IMG/VR virus record: IMGVR_UViG_3300007609_001205
Coordinates: 104,834-151,869 of that record
From: a virus
Lineage: Duplodnaviria > Heunggongvirae > Uroviricota > Caudoviricetes
Strand: one strand, 5' to 3'
DNA length: 47,036 bases
This document shows positions 20,456 through 30,289 of the stretch, piece by piece. Position 1 is the first letter of the stretch. Each line of letters starts with the position of its first letter. Made by a program: the position numbers and the translations under genes. The notes beneath the pieces are model-generated. The model had not been told where the DNA came from and ran no database searches. It saw only the letters and a program-made list of their open reading frames with translations.

Positions 20456-20902
20456 ATGCTGAAAAATAAAACTGTTAAATTAAAAGTAAGTAGGAAAACT
20501 ATAACACATTACCGAAAATTAGGATATGATTGTAATATTAACGAATACATTGACATTAAAATAACTGACCTACAAAAGGGGAGCCATGTAAAGGTTGATG
20601 TTATTTGTGATGTGTGTGGTACTGAAAAAGTTATAATGTATCAAAAATATGTTAAAAATATAAACAATCAAGATATCTATTGTTGCTCTAGCAAATGTGC
20701 TCAATTCAAAGTGAAAAGCACTTCCTCGAAAAATATGGAGTTCAATATTACACACAAACAAATGATTAACACATGTTAATTTCTTCCAAGTTTGATTGAA
20801 CGGTTTGACGTTAATAAATCAGAACACGAGATTATGTTGAGTAGAAAAATATATAGAATATATAACGTAGGTAATATCAAATACTCATTGACCAAACACT
20901 GA
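20456..20902 (+). pseudogene. internally deleted, frameshifted homing-endonuclease-like gene
   Basis: Zn-ribbon VICDVCG/CCSSKC; FLEKYGVQYY in a shifted frame (20722-20769); after TAA 20777-20779 the frame resumes FDVNKSEHEIMLSRKIYRIYNVGNIKY, a C-terminus I recognise from large-phage endonucleases. Confidence 0.6.
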
Positions 20903-20976
20903 TGGATAATCTTTAATAGTTTGTTTGAAATATGGAAGGGGATCCACACCACCAATATATACCAACAAAGATATAA

Positions 20977-21378
20977 TTGATGCCATCTATGAACTTTTTC
21001 TGTGTTTATTCCAAAAATCGAAAGAAAGTCGACAAGTATTTTAAAAACAATAGGATAAGAAACAAATATGTCATTGACATAAAACGAATTGTTGATGAGG
21101 AAGAATTAGATTTCAATGAAGATAAAACATATCTGAAGATTCTCATATTCAACCGAATTGAACAAGCAATTGAAAGGAACAAAGATATTTATTATCTCCC
21201 CAATTTCAATGAAGAGTTCTCAATAAATAAATTACTCAACCTCAAAAAAATGCTAGGAGAAAACGATTTTAATGTTCTTGTTTTCTATAACGAGTTCAGA
21301 AAAGAACCAAAAACACTAAATTCAATCCTCGAAAACCTCTCAAAATTTAGCAACTCGCAAATAATCCGGGATTACTAA
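20977..21378 (+). CDS. hypothetical protein (start uncertain, 20977-20989)
   Basis: ORF track. Confidence 0.65.
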   Translation: MMPSMNFFCVYSKNRKKVDKYFKNNRIRNKYVIDIKRIVDEEELDFNEDKTYLKILIFNRIEQAIERNKDIYYLPNFNEEFSINKLLNLKKMLGENDFNVLVFYNEFRKEPKTLNSILENLSKFSNSQIIRDY

Positions 21379-21437
21379 ACACACTAGAATACTAAGAAAC
21401 ATATAAATGATAATATATATCACAAATCATTTATAAT

Positions 21438-23234
21438 ATGGCAGCATACACATCTTCACCTTTAAGTTTAACGACATTTTCCGGTATAGGAAGTTATGCA
21501 ACTGGAAATGATATTGGAAGCATTTTTGCATCAAAGAATAAATACCATCGTTTCGAAACTGGGAGAGTTCAGAATAGTGTTCTCTCAAAGGATGAGAATA
21601 TTCACACAAATGAGATGTATGATGTTTCAACATTCAACATATTGAAATCATTTGAATCAATTGATCACTTAAGGTTAAACCCTGCCGATTTTGCTTACAA
21701 TAGAGATTTTGGTGTTTATCCTAATAACAGATTGATAATACTCAGAAGGTTTGCAAATCCAATTCAAGATGATATTTATTCACTTTCGGACAAAGAAAGT
21801 CCGGGTGTTCCTATATCAACAGTGGTCGGCTACGTTAAAGATACTGATGATTTTATGGACTTTGATATAAGTGAGGAATGGATTAAAGCAGATGCATCAT
21901 TTCGTGATATATTAAACAAAGTTGGTGATGATTTTTCATTTGGTAAATTTAAAATAGGTGATATACTAACAAGAGGAAATAATATAATACCGATGCCCGG
22001 AGCAACGGAACTTCTACAAAGAAGGTTATTGGTGGAATTTGGTTTGATAGACAAAAATGACTCAGCAGTTATACCATCAGGTGATCCAAACTTGATAAAG
22101 GATGCAAAGACACGAAAATTGATAAAGGATGGCGAAGCGGGATCGGGACTCAATGGTAAAGTTTCTGTTAATTTTGAAGTGACGTATGAACAAAAGTTCA
22201 TCGATGGAGTCGATCCAACTTTTGTCTATATGGATATACTCGGTATTTTGCTCTCAATGGGTACATCACCATCTAAATTTTATTTAGGTGGTAGAGAAAA
22301 CACTGCATTGGGTGAAAAAATCAAAGCATTTATAAAAAACCCAAATGCGGTTATCAAAGATTTTATAAAAGCAACTATATCTACATTCAGTGATGCAGTA
22401 GAAAAGCTAAAATCTTTATTTGATACCGCAACAGAAACTGTCTCTGATGATGATGGTGAAAGTGTTACTGATTCAATTTCCCGAAATGCAGGAGAGGCGT
22501 GGGATTATTTTGTTGAAAAATTCAATGGGGATGCTGAAAAGGCAGCAGATGCTGCTGTGGCAACTTCTGAAATACAAAATGTTTTCTCAAATATAACAAA
22601 TTATATATCCGATTTCATTTCTGCAAAATACCGAGTACAAGCACTTGGAGTTTTCTCGGCATTGTCCGGTGCTCCATCAACCCCATGGCATGTTACTATT
22701 GGAAATCCATTAAGACCAGTGTTTTGTTCCGGTGATATGTTATGTACAAAAATAAACATAAAACAAGGTCCACAACTTAGTTTCAATGACCTCCCAACAT
22801 ATATAACAGCATCCATTGAACTACAATCAGCACGTGATCAAGGATTGCAAGAACTATTCACAAAGTTCAATTCAGGTGGTATGAGAACATTAAGCACAAC
22901 AACTACAAAAAATAGGAAAGGTTGGTTAATATCACCGGGTACTACGTTTTGGTCTGGTGAATTTGGGTTGGAAACCGGATTGGATGGTGTAGTTTTCCCT
23001 AGTGTTGATGCTGCAAATAACGTTGCAAATACTGTCGATGCAACTAAAGTAAGTGAGCAGACAGATAAAATACAACCGGACCCATCAATTGCGGAAACGT
23101 TCGTCAGTACTGCCTCTGATACATTAGAAAGTGCAAGGGAGGGTATAGGTGGTGGACTTAACACGATATCAGGTGGTGTAAATAATGCTGCGAACTTTGT
23201 TCGTGATGGGTTTTCAAATATATTTGGTAACTAA
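21438..23234 (+). CDS. probable baseplate/tail-tube initiator protein
   Basis: Directly upstream of gp53-like and hub genes; WHVTIGNPLRP; late motif at 21411. Confidence 0.55.
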   Translation: MAAYTSSPLSLTTFSGIGSYATGNDIGSIFASKNKYHRFETGRVQNSVLSKDENIHTNEMYDVSTFNILKSFESIDHLRLNPADFAYNRDFGVYPNNRLIILRRFANPIQDDIYSLSDKESPGVPISTVVGYVKDTDDFMDFDISEEWIKADASFRDILNKVGDDFSFGKFKIGDILTRGNNIIPMPGATELLQRRLLVEFGLIDKNDSAVIPSGDPNLIKDAKTRKLIKDGEAGSGLNGKVSVNFEVTYEQKFIDGVDPTFVYMDILGILLSMGTSPSKFYLGGRENTALGEKIKAFIKNPNAVIKDFIKATISTFSDAVEKLKSLFDTATETVSDDDGESVTDSISRNAGEAWDYFVEKFNGDAEKAADAAVATSEIQNVFSNITNYISDFISAKYRVQALGVFSALSGAPSTPWHVTIGNPLRPVFCSGDMLCTKINIKQGPQLSFNDLPTYITASIELQSARDQGLQELFTKFNSGGMRTLSTTTTKNRKGWLISPGTTFWSGEFGLETGLDGVVFPSVDAANNVANTVDATKVSEQTDKIQPDPSIAETFVSTASDTLESAREGIGGGLNTISGGVNNAANFVRDGFSNIFGN

Positions 23235-23707
23235 TGGACTTACACGATATAGACATATTAAGATTTGTAAATGGGATAGCCGACCTATCACAGAACACCT
23301 TCAATTATGATAATGAAATTATCGGAAATGAAAGTGAAAAAGCATATATTATACAGAGGGGTGAAGAAATGAGGGCAGACCTAATATGTGATAATTTGTA
23401 TGATAATGTTGATAATGTTGATATGTTGTGCAATTATAACGGTATTGATAACCCACTGAACTTCAAAGAAGGCGAAACAATTTTTTACCCAATGGAATCA
23501 AATGTATCAAAACTCAGATACAGTGATCCAAATTTACAAGAAAATGACCTTTTAACACAATCGCCCACAAAAACAACAAGGAAGGATCCAAACCGAGAGG
23601 AATATATTAACAACAACCGATCACTACCACCAACACAATTAAGTAGAAGAATAGACCCACTCACATCGGAAAATGATGATCTTTCAATAGGTGATGGGTT
23701 ATTTTAA
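23234..23707 (+). CDS. baseplate wedge protein, gp53/LysM-like
   Basis: YIIQRGEEMRADLI...YNGIDNPLNFKEGETIFYP. Confidence 0.7.
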   Translation: MDLHDIDILRFVNGIADLSQNTFNYDNEIIGNESEKAYIIQRGEEMRADLICDNLYDNVDNVDMLCNYNGIDNPLNFKEGETIFYPMESNVSKLRYSDPNLQENDLLTQSPTKTTRKDPNREEYINNNRSLPPTQLSRRIDPLTSENDDLSIGDGLF

Positions 23708-23717
23708 TAAATAACAT

Positions 23718-26252
23718 ATGCTAAATCCAACTGATTATACATTCAATGTGGGCATATATACTGACCTCTCGTTAGAGGAAGTACACGAATTGGTGTTCAA
23801 TAAATTAACCGAGTATGAACCAGACAACGAAACTTCACTACGTGATGAATACACCATACTGAAAAACGACCATTTTTATCTTATGGGAAACTGGGAACAA
23901 AAGGTTGGAATAAGAGAACAAATAATCAATAAGGCAGTTGAGATAATAAACATAGTTGATGGACCGAAATCAGCAAATCCGAATATCGAACAAGTAAGTG
24001 AATTGGAAGAAATCGAAACAATCGATGTTACATCAATTGAAGTGCCACCAATCGATGATGGACTTATTCCACCTATTGACATAGAAACTTATAATAGTGG
24101 TATAGACACTGACCCAAATATAAATGCCCCCATACGAACATCAGAAACGCCAATTGATGATATAATAGAACAACCAATTGAAAGAAGTGATGAAGAAGAC
24201 CGAAAATCAAACGAGTCAGATTTTAACCCAGTTGAACTGACACAATTGGAAAAACCTACGATAAAACCCATAAAAATAAAATTCCCCACAAAGGGTATGA
24301 GTAAAAGGGACAAAGAACAATTTGGTATTGGGCTTGGTCAAGTTCCACTTGTTTATTACAATGGTGTGCATATAGAATACAACCGTATAAAAACATTCAG
24401 TCTTTACCACGAAGGAATATTACCCGCAATAAGTATGAGTTTTACCGACCAGGCAGAATTTCGTGACATAGGCTTCCCAACTGATAATATATCTATAACA
24501 ATTTTCATATACTCCCGTTCAAAGAAAATCCGATCTGTTTATATGGACTTCAAAGTAACCAATATGAGGGATCACCAAGGACTCGTTCATATAACAGGCA
24601 TTGCCGATATACCCGAAATATACTTAATAGACTTTAAGGCTTATAGAGATAAGACATCACTACAAACAATGAGAGACGTTGCCAAAAAATGCAAGTTGGG
24701 TTTCAATACGAATATATCATCCACAAATGATAAACAAACATGGGTAAATCCAGGGAAAACAAGAAAGAAATTCATAGAGAATATAACTAAAAATGCATAC
24801 ATATCAGATTCTTCTTTCGTAGTATGCTACATCGATTTTTATTACAATTTATGTTTTATGGATCTTGAAAAAGAAATTGGGCGAGATATATCCAACGACC
24901 TTATGAGACTGAGTTCAGGTAAATCAGAACTTACCGAAGAAGATATAGATGAAGAAAAAGTAGTCCCGGTCATACTCACAACCGATAAATCAGCACTTGA
25001 TACAAACTGTCATGTTACCGAAGTTGACATATTGAATCAATCAACAAGAGTAAGTTTGAACAAAGGATACTTGACAAAAACAAGGTTTTATGATTCAAAT
25101 AATAAAGAAATGTTGATGTTCGATATTGATACCATATCCAATGACCGAAATAAATTATCACTTAAAAGCAAAAAGAATGATACATATTTCTACAAAGAAA
25201 ATAGTAATGCTGAATGGGTTGGGAAAATGGATAAATATGATAATGGGACAGGTAATGTACATGACAACTACAACTATGCATTGATACACAATAAAGTCAA
25301 TCGAACCGAATTGAATAAAATAGATATTGATATAAAATTGGATGTTCCCAATTACAACTTCTATTTATATCAAAAAATAAGATTTGAACTAATATATGAC
25401 GTTCCTGGTGCAGTTTCAACTTCCATAAAACATGAAAGGATTTCTGGTGAGGCGATAATCAATAGTATAGAATACACGTTTGATGGTAATAAATTCTATC
25501 AAAATATAGGACTTATTCGAAGAGACCTTGAAAAAACAGAAGAAGAGATAAAAAACACTGTAGAGGAAAGAAATTTTACAGAGCAGTTCCAAGACAACGA
25601 AAACCCACTTGGACCGAATGATGACCTCCCACAAAATGATATTGTGGATGATGTAGCTGATGTCATTGATGAAGTGCCTACTGTTCCACCGATACCAAGT
25701 GATATAAATGGCGAGAATCCGGACTTTTGGACATTGGTTGCAGTTGCATCAAGAGAGGATAGTGACCCACAAGCAAGGGCAGATATTGCACAATCAATAT
25801 ACAATAGAGTAAATGCAGAAGGTTACCCAAATTCCATAAGATCTGTTATTATACAGAATTGGGCATATGAACCAACATGGAGATACCCAAGAAATTCTAC
25901 ACAAGATGGGCTACCCAATCCAGAATGGTTGAATATTAAAGATGCCCAAACTGCAGCAGAGGCAGCAGGGTGGAACAACATTGATGTGATACAATCAACA
26001 GCCGATTCTATTTTGAACCAAACACTCCAATCCAATGCAGCCAAATTTGTAGAAGGCAGAACGGACTTCCTTAGTGAAACACAAGGAACTCCTGACCAAA
26101 GAAATGCTAAAGACCCCACTAGACTTGCTATTATGAGAGAAGAGAATAGACCAAATAATGTATTTGCATGGAACTATAATTACAAAGATAATATTGCATA
26201 CACCGTCCCAAATTGGGAGTCTTTTGGTATAGTGTCTAGTAATTTAGCATAA
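23718..26252 (+). CDS. baseplate hub protein with C-terminal SleB-like cell wall hydrolase domain
   Basis: Position in baseplate cluster; C-terminal WTLVAVASRED..ADIAQSIYNRV..SVI..YEP. Confidence 0.65.
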   Translation: MLNPTDYTFNVGIYTDLSLEEVHELVFNKLTEYEPDNETSLRDEYTILKNDHFYLMGNWEQKVGIREQIINKAVEIINIVDGPKSANPNIEQVSELEEIETIDVTSIEVPPIDDGLIPPIDIETYNSGIDTDPNINAPIRTSETPIDDIIEQPIERSDEEDRKSNESDFNPVELTQLEKPTIKPIKIKFPTKGMSKRDKEQFGIGLGQVPLVYYNGVHIEYNRIKTFSLYHEGILPAISMSFTDQAEFRDIGFPTDNISITIFIYSRSKKIRSVYMDFKVTNMRDHQGLVHITGIADIPEIYLIDFKAYRDKTSLQTMRDVAKKCKLGFNTNISSTNDKQTWVNPGKTRKKFIENITKNAYISDSSFVVCYIDFYYNLCFMDLEKEIGRDISNDLMRLSSGKSELTEEDIDEEKVVPVILTTDKSALDTNCHVTEVDILNQSTRVSLNKGYLTKTRFYDSNNKEMLMFDIDTISNDRNKLSLKSKKNDTYFYKENSNAEWVGKMDKYDNGTGNVHDNYNYALIHNKVNRTELNKIDIDIKLDVPNYNFYLYQKIRFELIYDVPGAVSTSIKHERISGEAIINSIEYTFDGNKFYQNIGLIRRDLEKTEEEIKNTVEERNFTEQFQDNENPLGPNDDLPQNDIVDDVADVIDEVPTVPPIPSDINGENPDFWTLVAVASREDSDPQARADIAQSIYNRVNAEGYPNSIRSVIIQNWAYEPTWRYPRNSTQDGLPNPEWLNIKDAQTAAEAAGWNNIDVIQSTADSILNQTLQSNAAKFVEGRTDFLSETQGTPDQRNAKDPTRLAIMREENRPNNVFAWNYNYKDNIAYTVPNWESFGIVSSNLA

Positions 26253-26271
26253 CCTATTTAATATATAATCT

Positions 26272-26889
26272 ATGGAACGTATAAAGAACTTTGAATCATT
26301 TGTAATAGATACATCATTTGATCTCATTGATAACTTAAAGGAATCACTTTCAATGTGGCATGATATGTTGTTGGCATCTATGGGAGCACAGGAAGTTAAT
26401 ATTGAAGAAGAGTTCGATATCAGTAGTGAGGTTTCTAAACTTGATATAGACAATATGGTAGAGAATAGTGATTTTCTTAAAGCACTTTCGAGCATTGGCC
26501 TCAAATCATCACCTGTCGAAGAAACAGATGATTATGAAACATTCATAAACAAACCGTGTAGGTTCATGTTAATATATCGATTGGGTTCGATTGAATTGGA
26601 AACGCCTGAATATATCCTTTTCCAATCGTGGGATGATTCTAGGAAAGATTGGACACAAACAGAACTATATCGAATTGAAGGAAATATAAATGAATTCTAT
26701 GATAAATTAACATCTCGTACAATAGAGATAGTTGATGGTGAAACAAATTACATATACAATACATCAAATGGTAATGATTGGATATTGCAGAACCCACAGA
26801 ATCAAAACGATGTTTATTTGAAAAATTTCAGAAAAGAGGAATTTGAAGAACTTATAAATAAAAAGGGTCTTAAACTAAATATCATTTGA
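26272..26889 (+). CDS. hypothetical protein with RIKNFESF N-terminus
   Basis: TAATATATA 4 nt upstream. Confidence 0.7.
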   Translation: MERIKNFESFVIDTSFDLIDNLKESLSMWHDMLLASMGAQEVNIEEEFDISSEVSKLDIDNMVENSDFLKALSSIGLKSSPVEETDDYETFINKPCRFMLIYRLGSIELETPEYILFQSWDDSRKDWTQTELYRIEGNINEFYDKLTSRTIEIVDGETNYIYNTSNGNDWILQNPQNQNDVYLKNFRKEEFEELINKKGLKLNII

Positions 26890-27430
26890 AATATTTACCA
26901 ATATAATCAACAATAACCTTCCCCTTATCCTCTTCACCTTCCGCCTCCAACCATTTCCAAGTAAATGTTTTTTTCAGAAACTCTGTTCTTTTCTCATAAC
27001 TATCAATCCGTTCTTTAATATCATCGATTGGTATTGAGTCTTCAGGAAATATATCCAAGGACATTGATAATTTAAGAAGTCCAAGGTAATCACCATTTTC
27101 ATATGCCTCGTTTGCCTCAACATACATAGAATTCAAGAGTTCGTTGTTTATTTTATCGGGATGTGTTTCTTTGGCTATTTTTCTATAAAGGTCTTTTGAA
27201 TCCTTATCAACAACCTTTTCAATAACTTTCTCAGATTCAATCGGTTCTTCTTTATTTGACTCATAAACCTCTTTCAATTCCGGATAACCCTTTAAAAATT
27301 CATTCACCGATTTCATAAAAAGGGTATCGGCACTTGATATAAGCCCTGATTGGTATTCATAATCTGCCTCAACCCATTCAAGTTTCTTAAATAGTCGTTT
27401 AAGTTCTAATATACGTAAACTATCCATCAT
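26882..27430 (-). CDS. J-domain (DnaJ-like) co-chaperone
   Basis: LYRKIAKETHPDK with HPD motif. Confidence 0.8.
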   Translation of the reverse strand: MMDSLRILELKRLFKKLEWVEADYEYQSGLISSADTLFMKSVNEFLKGYPELKEVYESNKEEPIESEKVIEKVVDKDSKDLYRKIAKETHPDKINNELLNSMYVEANEAYENGDYLGLLKLSMSLDIFPEDSIPIDDIKERIDSYEKRTEFLKKTFTWKWLEAEGEEDKGKVIVDYIGKYFK

Positions 27431-27506
27431 TGTTTTTATTCAATAATTCACGTTATGTTGTCGGTATTCCCACATTAATTCCAAATCCCACATTAATATA
27501 TAGAAT

Positions 27507-28022
27507 ATGGATATAAAACAACTCAACACACTTAAACAGATTTTCATTGAAGAAGGTTTAGTAGAAGATGCCAAAGATATTGAGGACATTATAAATGAAA
27601 CAACATCTGCCACGGGTGGTAGTTCGGGTGGGTCGGTTCATTCAGGGGGTACATCATTATCAAATGCAACAACTGCAGGTGCAGGTGCAATACAATCATC
27701 CCAACCATCAGCATTGCCAGGTGCAATGAACGGTGCAGATTGGATGAATGGTGGTGGTGAAGAAGGAAGTGGTGATATATCAGTTCCATATAACCCATCA
27801 GGTGCAAATAGAGTATTTCAGAAAGTACCAAGGATGGGTAAAAATCACGGATCACGAACCGGAAAGAAGTCAAGAGAACCTAAACTTGATATCAAACAAT
27901 TAAAAACAATGTTACAACATTCAAAAGATGCTAGAGAAAAAGGTGAGGGGAAAGGTAAAGTTATGAGTTTTGATGACTTTGCAAAAGGACACTTGAAAGA
28001 CGTAACAAAAGTTAAAGATTAA
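27507..28022 (+). CDS. Gly/Ser-rich low-complexity hypothetical protein
   Basis: TAATATATA 4 nt upstream; low-complexity middle. Confidence 0.7.
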   Translation: MDIKQLNTLKQIFIEEGLVEDAKDIEDIINETTSATGGSSGGSVHSGGTSLSNATTAGAGAIQSSQPSALPGAMNGADWMNGGGEEGSGDISVPYNPSGANRVFQKVPRMGKNHGSRTGKKSREPKLDIKQLKTMLQHSKDAREKGEGKGKVMSFDDFAKGHLKDVTKVKD

Positions 28023-28060
28023 GAATTAAACCATTTACAGTTAAAAACATATAACACATA

Positions 28061-28579
28061 ATGGAAATTGTGAAGAAAATAATAATATGTGGACCTGGTG
28101 GGTCTGGAAAGGATTATTTACTGAACCAATTGAATAATTCCGAACACAAAACATCTATTAAAACAACAACAAGACCAAAACGCCTTAATGAAAAAAATGG
28201 GGTGGATTATTATTTCACCACCATTGATGAGTTTGAAACCGATAAATACATTGTAAAAGAATCATTCAAAAACCATATAGATGATGTATGGTATTATGGT
28301 ATAAGTGAATCAGAATTCAACAAATCCAATGTTTTAATTATGACACCGGGTGAATTGAAACAACTTGATGAAGAACTACGAAAGAATTGCTGTGTTATTT
28401 ATCTCAATATCGATGAAAGTGTACGAAAAAACCGCCTTTCAAGTAGGAATGGTATGGACGATTCAGTTGAAAGGCGGTTAATTGCAGATAGGAAGGATTT
28501 TTTAGGGTTCACAGATTTTGATATAATGATAACAGACCCGAATTTTTCACCCAATGAGGTTATTTCTCTTCTTCCTTAA
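28061..28579 (+). CDS. gmk: guanylate kinase-like protein
   Basis: GPGGSGKD P-loop, TTTRPKR..E..GVDYYF, WYYG. Confidence 0.85.
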   Translation: MEIVKKIIICGPGGSGKDYLLNQLNNSEHKTSIKTTTRPKRLNEKNGVDYYFTTIDEFETDKYIVKESFKNHIDDVWYYGISESEFNKSNVLIMTPGELKQLDEELRKNCCVIYLNIDESVRKNRLSSRNGMDDSVERRLIADRKDFLGFTDFDIMITDPNFSPNEVISLLP

Positions 28580-28847
28580 TAGAATCCAATAACACATCTT
28601 CTACAAATTCACCCATCTTAATTTCTCTATCAACACAATATTTCTTCACCTCACTATGAACATCTGCTGATATTGTCAATGTTTTAACTTTTTTCTGTTC
28701 TTTTTTCTTGATGATTGCTGCTTCCAACATCTTAAGTTTTGATTGTGCATTTTTGATTTTATCAATAGAAAAGTCTGCTGCATTTTCTTTAATCTCGTCA
28801 AAAGTAACTTCAAGTTCATTTGCTATTTCTTCTAATTTTCTTTCCAT
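28560..28847 (-). CDS. coiled-coil plus ribbon-helix-helix-like DNA-binding protein
   Basis: KTLTISADVHSEVKKYC...MGEFVEDVL. Confidence 0.6.
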   Translation of the reverse strand: MERKLEEIANELEVTFDEIKENAADFSIDKIKNAQSKLKMLEAAIIKKKEQKKVKTLTISADVHSEVKKYCVDREIKMGEFVEDVLLDSIKEEEK

Positions 28848-28910
28848 AATATATTTTTCTTTTTAATTATATAATTAAATAATTAAATAGTTTTCAGAAA
28901 GATGGATTTT

Positions 28911-29357
28911 TTATGTTTTACTATCCTTAATCCTTTCATCGATATTTAAATACCCAGAAAGACCAATACATAATGTTAAGTTATCGGGTTCAGTGTGTAA
29001 CGAACTTGTATACCAAATTATGTCTATTTCACTCCCATCTTTTGTTATATATGTTGTGTGGTAGTCGGTAAATTTCTCGTCCTTTTCCACGAATTCTTCA
29101 TAATCACCCAAAACACCATCCCTTTCATTTTTCTTAACCATCTTTATCCATGGAATACTACACATCTCTTCTTTGGTATAACCCATATCATCTGCAAACC
29201 GTTGATTGACATAAGTCCACTTACCATCTGGATGAGAATAACCTACATATATAGGGAACTCAGATAAGTCAATAATCTCAACAAACCTTTGTATGTGTTG
29301 AAAATTATTAACAATCTTTGTCAATTTGCTCAGTTCATCATTTAGATTTCCTTCCAT
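28911..29357 (-). CDS. stand-alone PAS-domain protein
   Basis: DGKWTYVNQRFADDMGYTKEEM...YITKDGSEIDI. Confidence 0.85.
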   Translation of the reverse strand: MEGNLNDELSKLTKIVNNFQHIQRFVEIIDLSEFPIYVGYSHPDGKWTYVNQRFADDMGYTKEEMCSIPWIKMVKKNERDGVLGDYEEFVEKDEKFTDYHTTYITKDGSEIDIIWYTSSLHTEPDNLTLCIGLSGYLNIDERIKDSKT

Positions 29358-29511
29358 TATTCTTATTTATCTTATATTTTTCATTTTTCTGAGACATTTG
29401 ATCATTTTTACTACCAACACCCTTTAATTTATTCAATTCATCATAAAGGTCATTACACACACGATCTAACTCATCACGAACTTTTCTATTACCGTCTTCT
29501 TTAATACCCAT
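29338..29511 (-). CDS. small ORF (57 aa, MGIKEDGNRK...), not in ORF track
   Basis: Read manually; TAATG coupling with the upstream stop; overlaps the PAS start. Confidence 0.55.
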   Translation of the reverse strand: MGIKEDGNRKVRDELDRVCNDLYDELNKLKGVGSKNDQMSQKNEKYKINKNNGRKSK

Positions 29512-29852
29512 TATTTATTCATAAATGATCGAATCAAATCTGTGGCACTTACAACAGCAGGTATAACTTTTTCCATTATATCTTTCTGCAAATCGTCCTT
29601 ATCATTATTAAGTGATTCTATAAGTCTTTTCAACTCTTCAATCTCTCTATCCTTATCCTTAATCCGATCATCATATATTTTTTTTATTACACCAAATGCA
29701 GTTGCCAATGCACCAACAAGGGTTAAAATAACCCATCTCATCCACCCAAATTCGTCATTATCCATAGGCGGTTCATTCATTGGTTGAGCATTAATTAACA
29801 CAGTAGGAATAATTACCGATGTCAAAAGAATTATTATTACAGTCTTTCTCAA
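29511..29852 (-). CDS. membrane protein with TM helix and coiled coil (holin-like)
   Basis: TTG start; hydrophobic N-terminus, TM WMRWVILTLVGALATAFGVI, coiled coil. Confidence 0.5.
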   Translation of the reverse strand: MRKTVIIILLTSVIIPTVLINAQPMNEPPMDNDEFGWMRWVILTLVGALATAFGVIKKIYDDRIKDKDREIEELKRLIESLNNDKDDLQKDIMEKVIPAVVSATDLIRSFMNK

Positions 29853-29944
29853 ATCTTTACAATTAATTTTATTCTATAAACTATATATTTTTTCCACAAA
29901 CCGAGAATTGGTTAATTTATATATAGAACAAAATATAAAATGCC

Positions 29945-30283
29945 ATGTCCCATAAAGAAAATATAAACAAAGTACATTATCTTCTAACAGAAAATTTCGA
30001 CAATGTAGAAATAAAGGAAGATGCAAATAGAACTTTTGGAAATCACGTTGTGATAAAAATAAGTGAAACACTCGACCTCAACCTTGTTATAGAGAAACTT
30101 GCAATCGAAAATGATAAATTCAGATGGTTCTATTTAACTGATCCACGAGATGAGGATTCATTTGTTGAGAGGATATCAAATACTGAAACATTCACAAAAG
30201 ACGTTAGAGAGATACTTGACAAGGAAATGTTCAGAGAGAGTTATGTCAAATCAAATTCATTGAAAAAACAAGAAGACCAATAA
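29945..30283 (+). CDS. hypothetical protein
   Basis: ORF track; TTATATATA at 29917-29925. Confidence 0.65.
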   Translation: MSHKENINKVHYLLTENFDNVEIKEDANRTFGNHVVIKISETLDLNLVIEKLAIENDKFRWFYLTDPRDEDSFVERISNTETFTKDVREILDKEMFRESYVKSNSLKKQEDQ

Positions 30284-30289
30284 TAAAAT

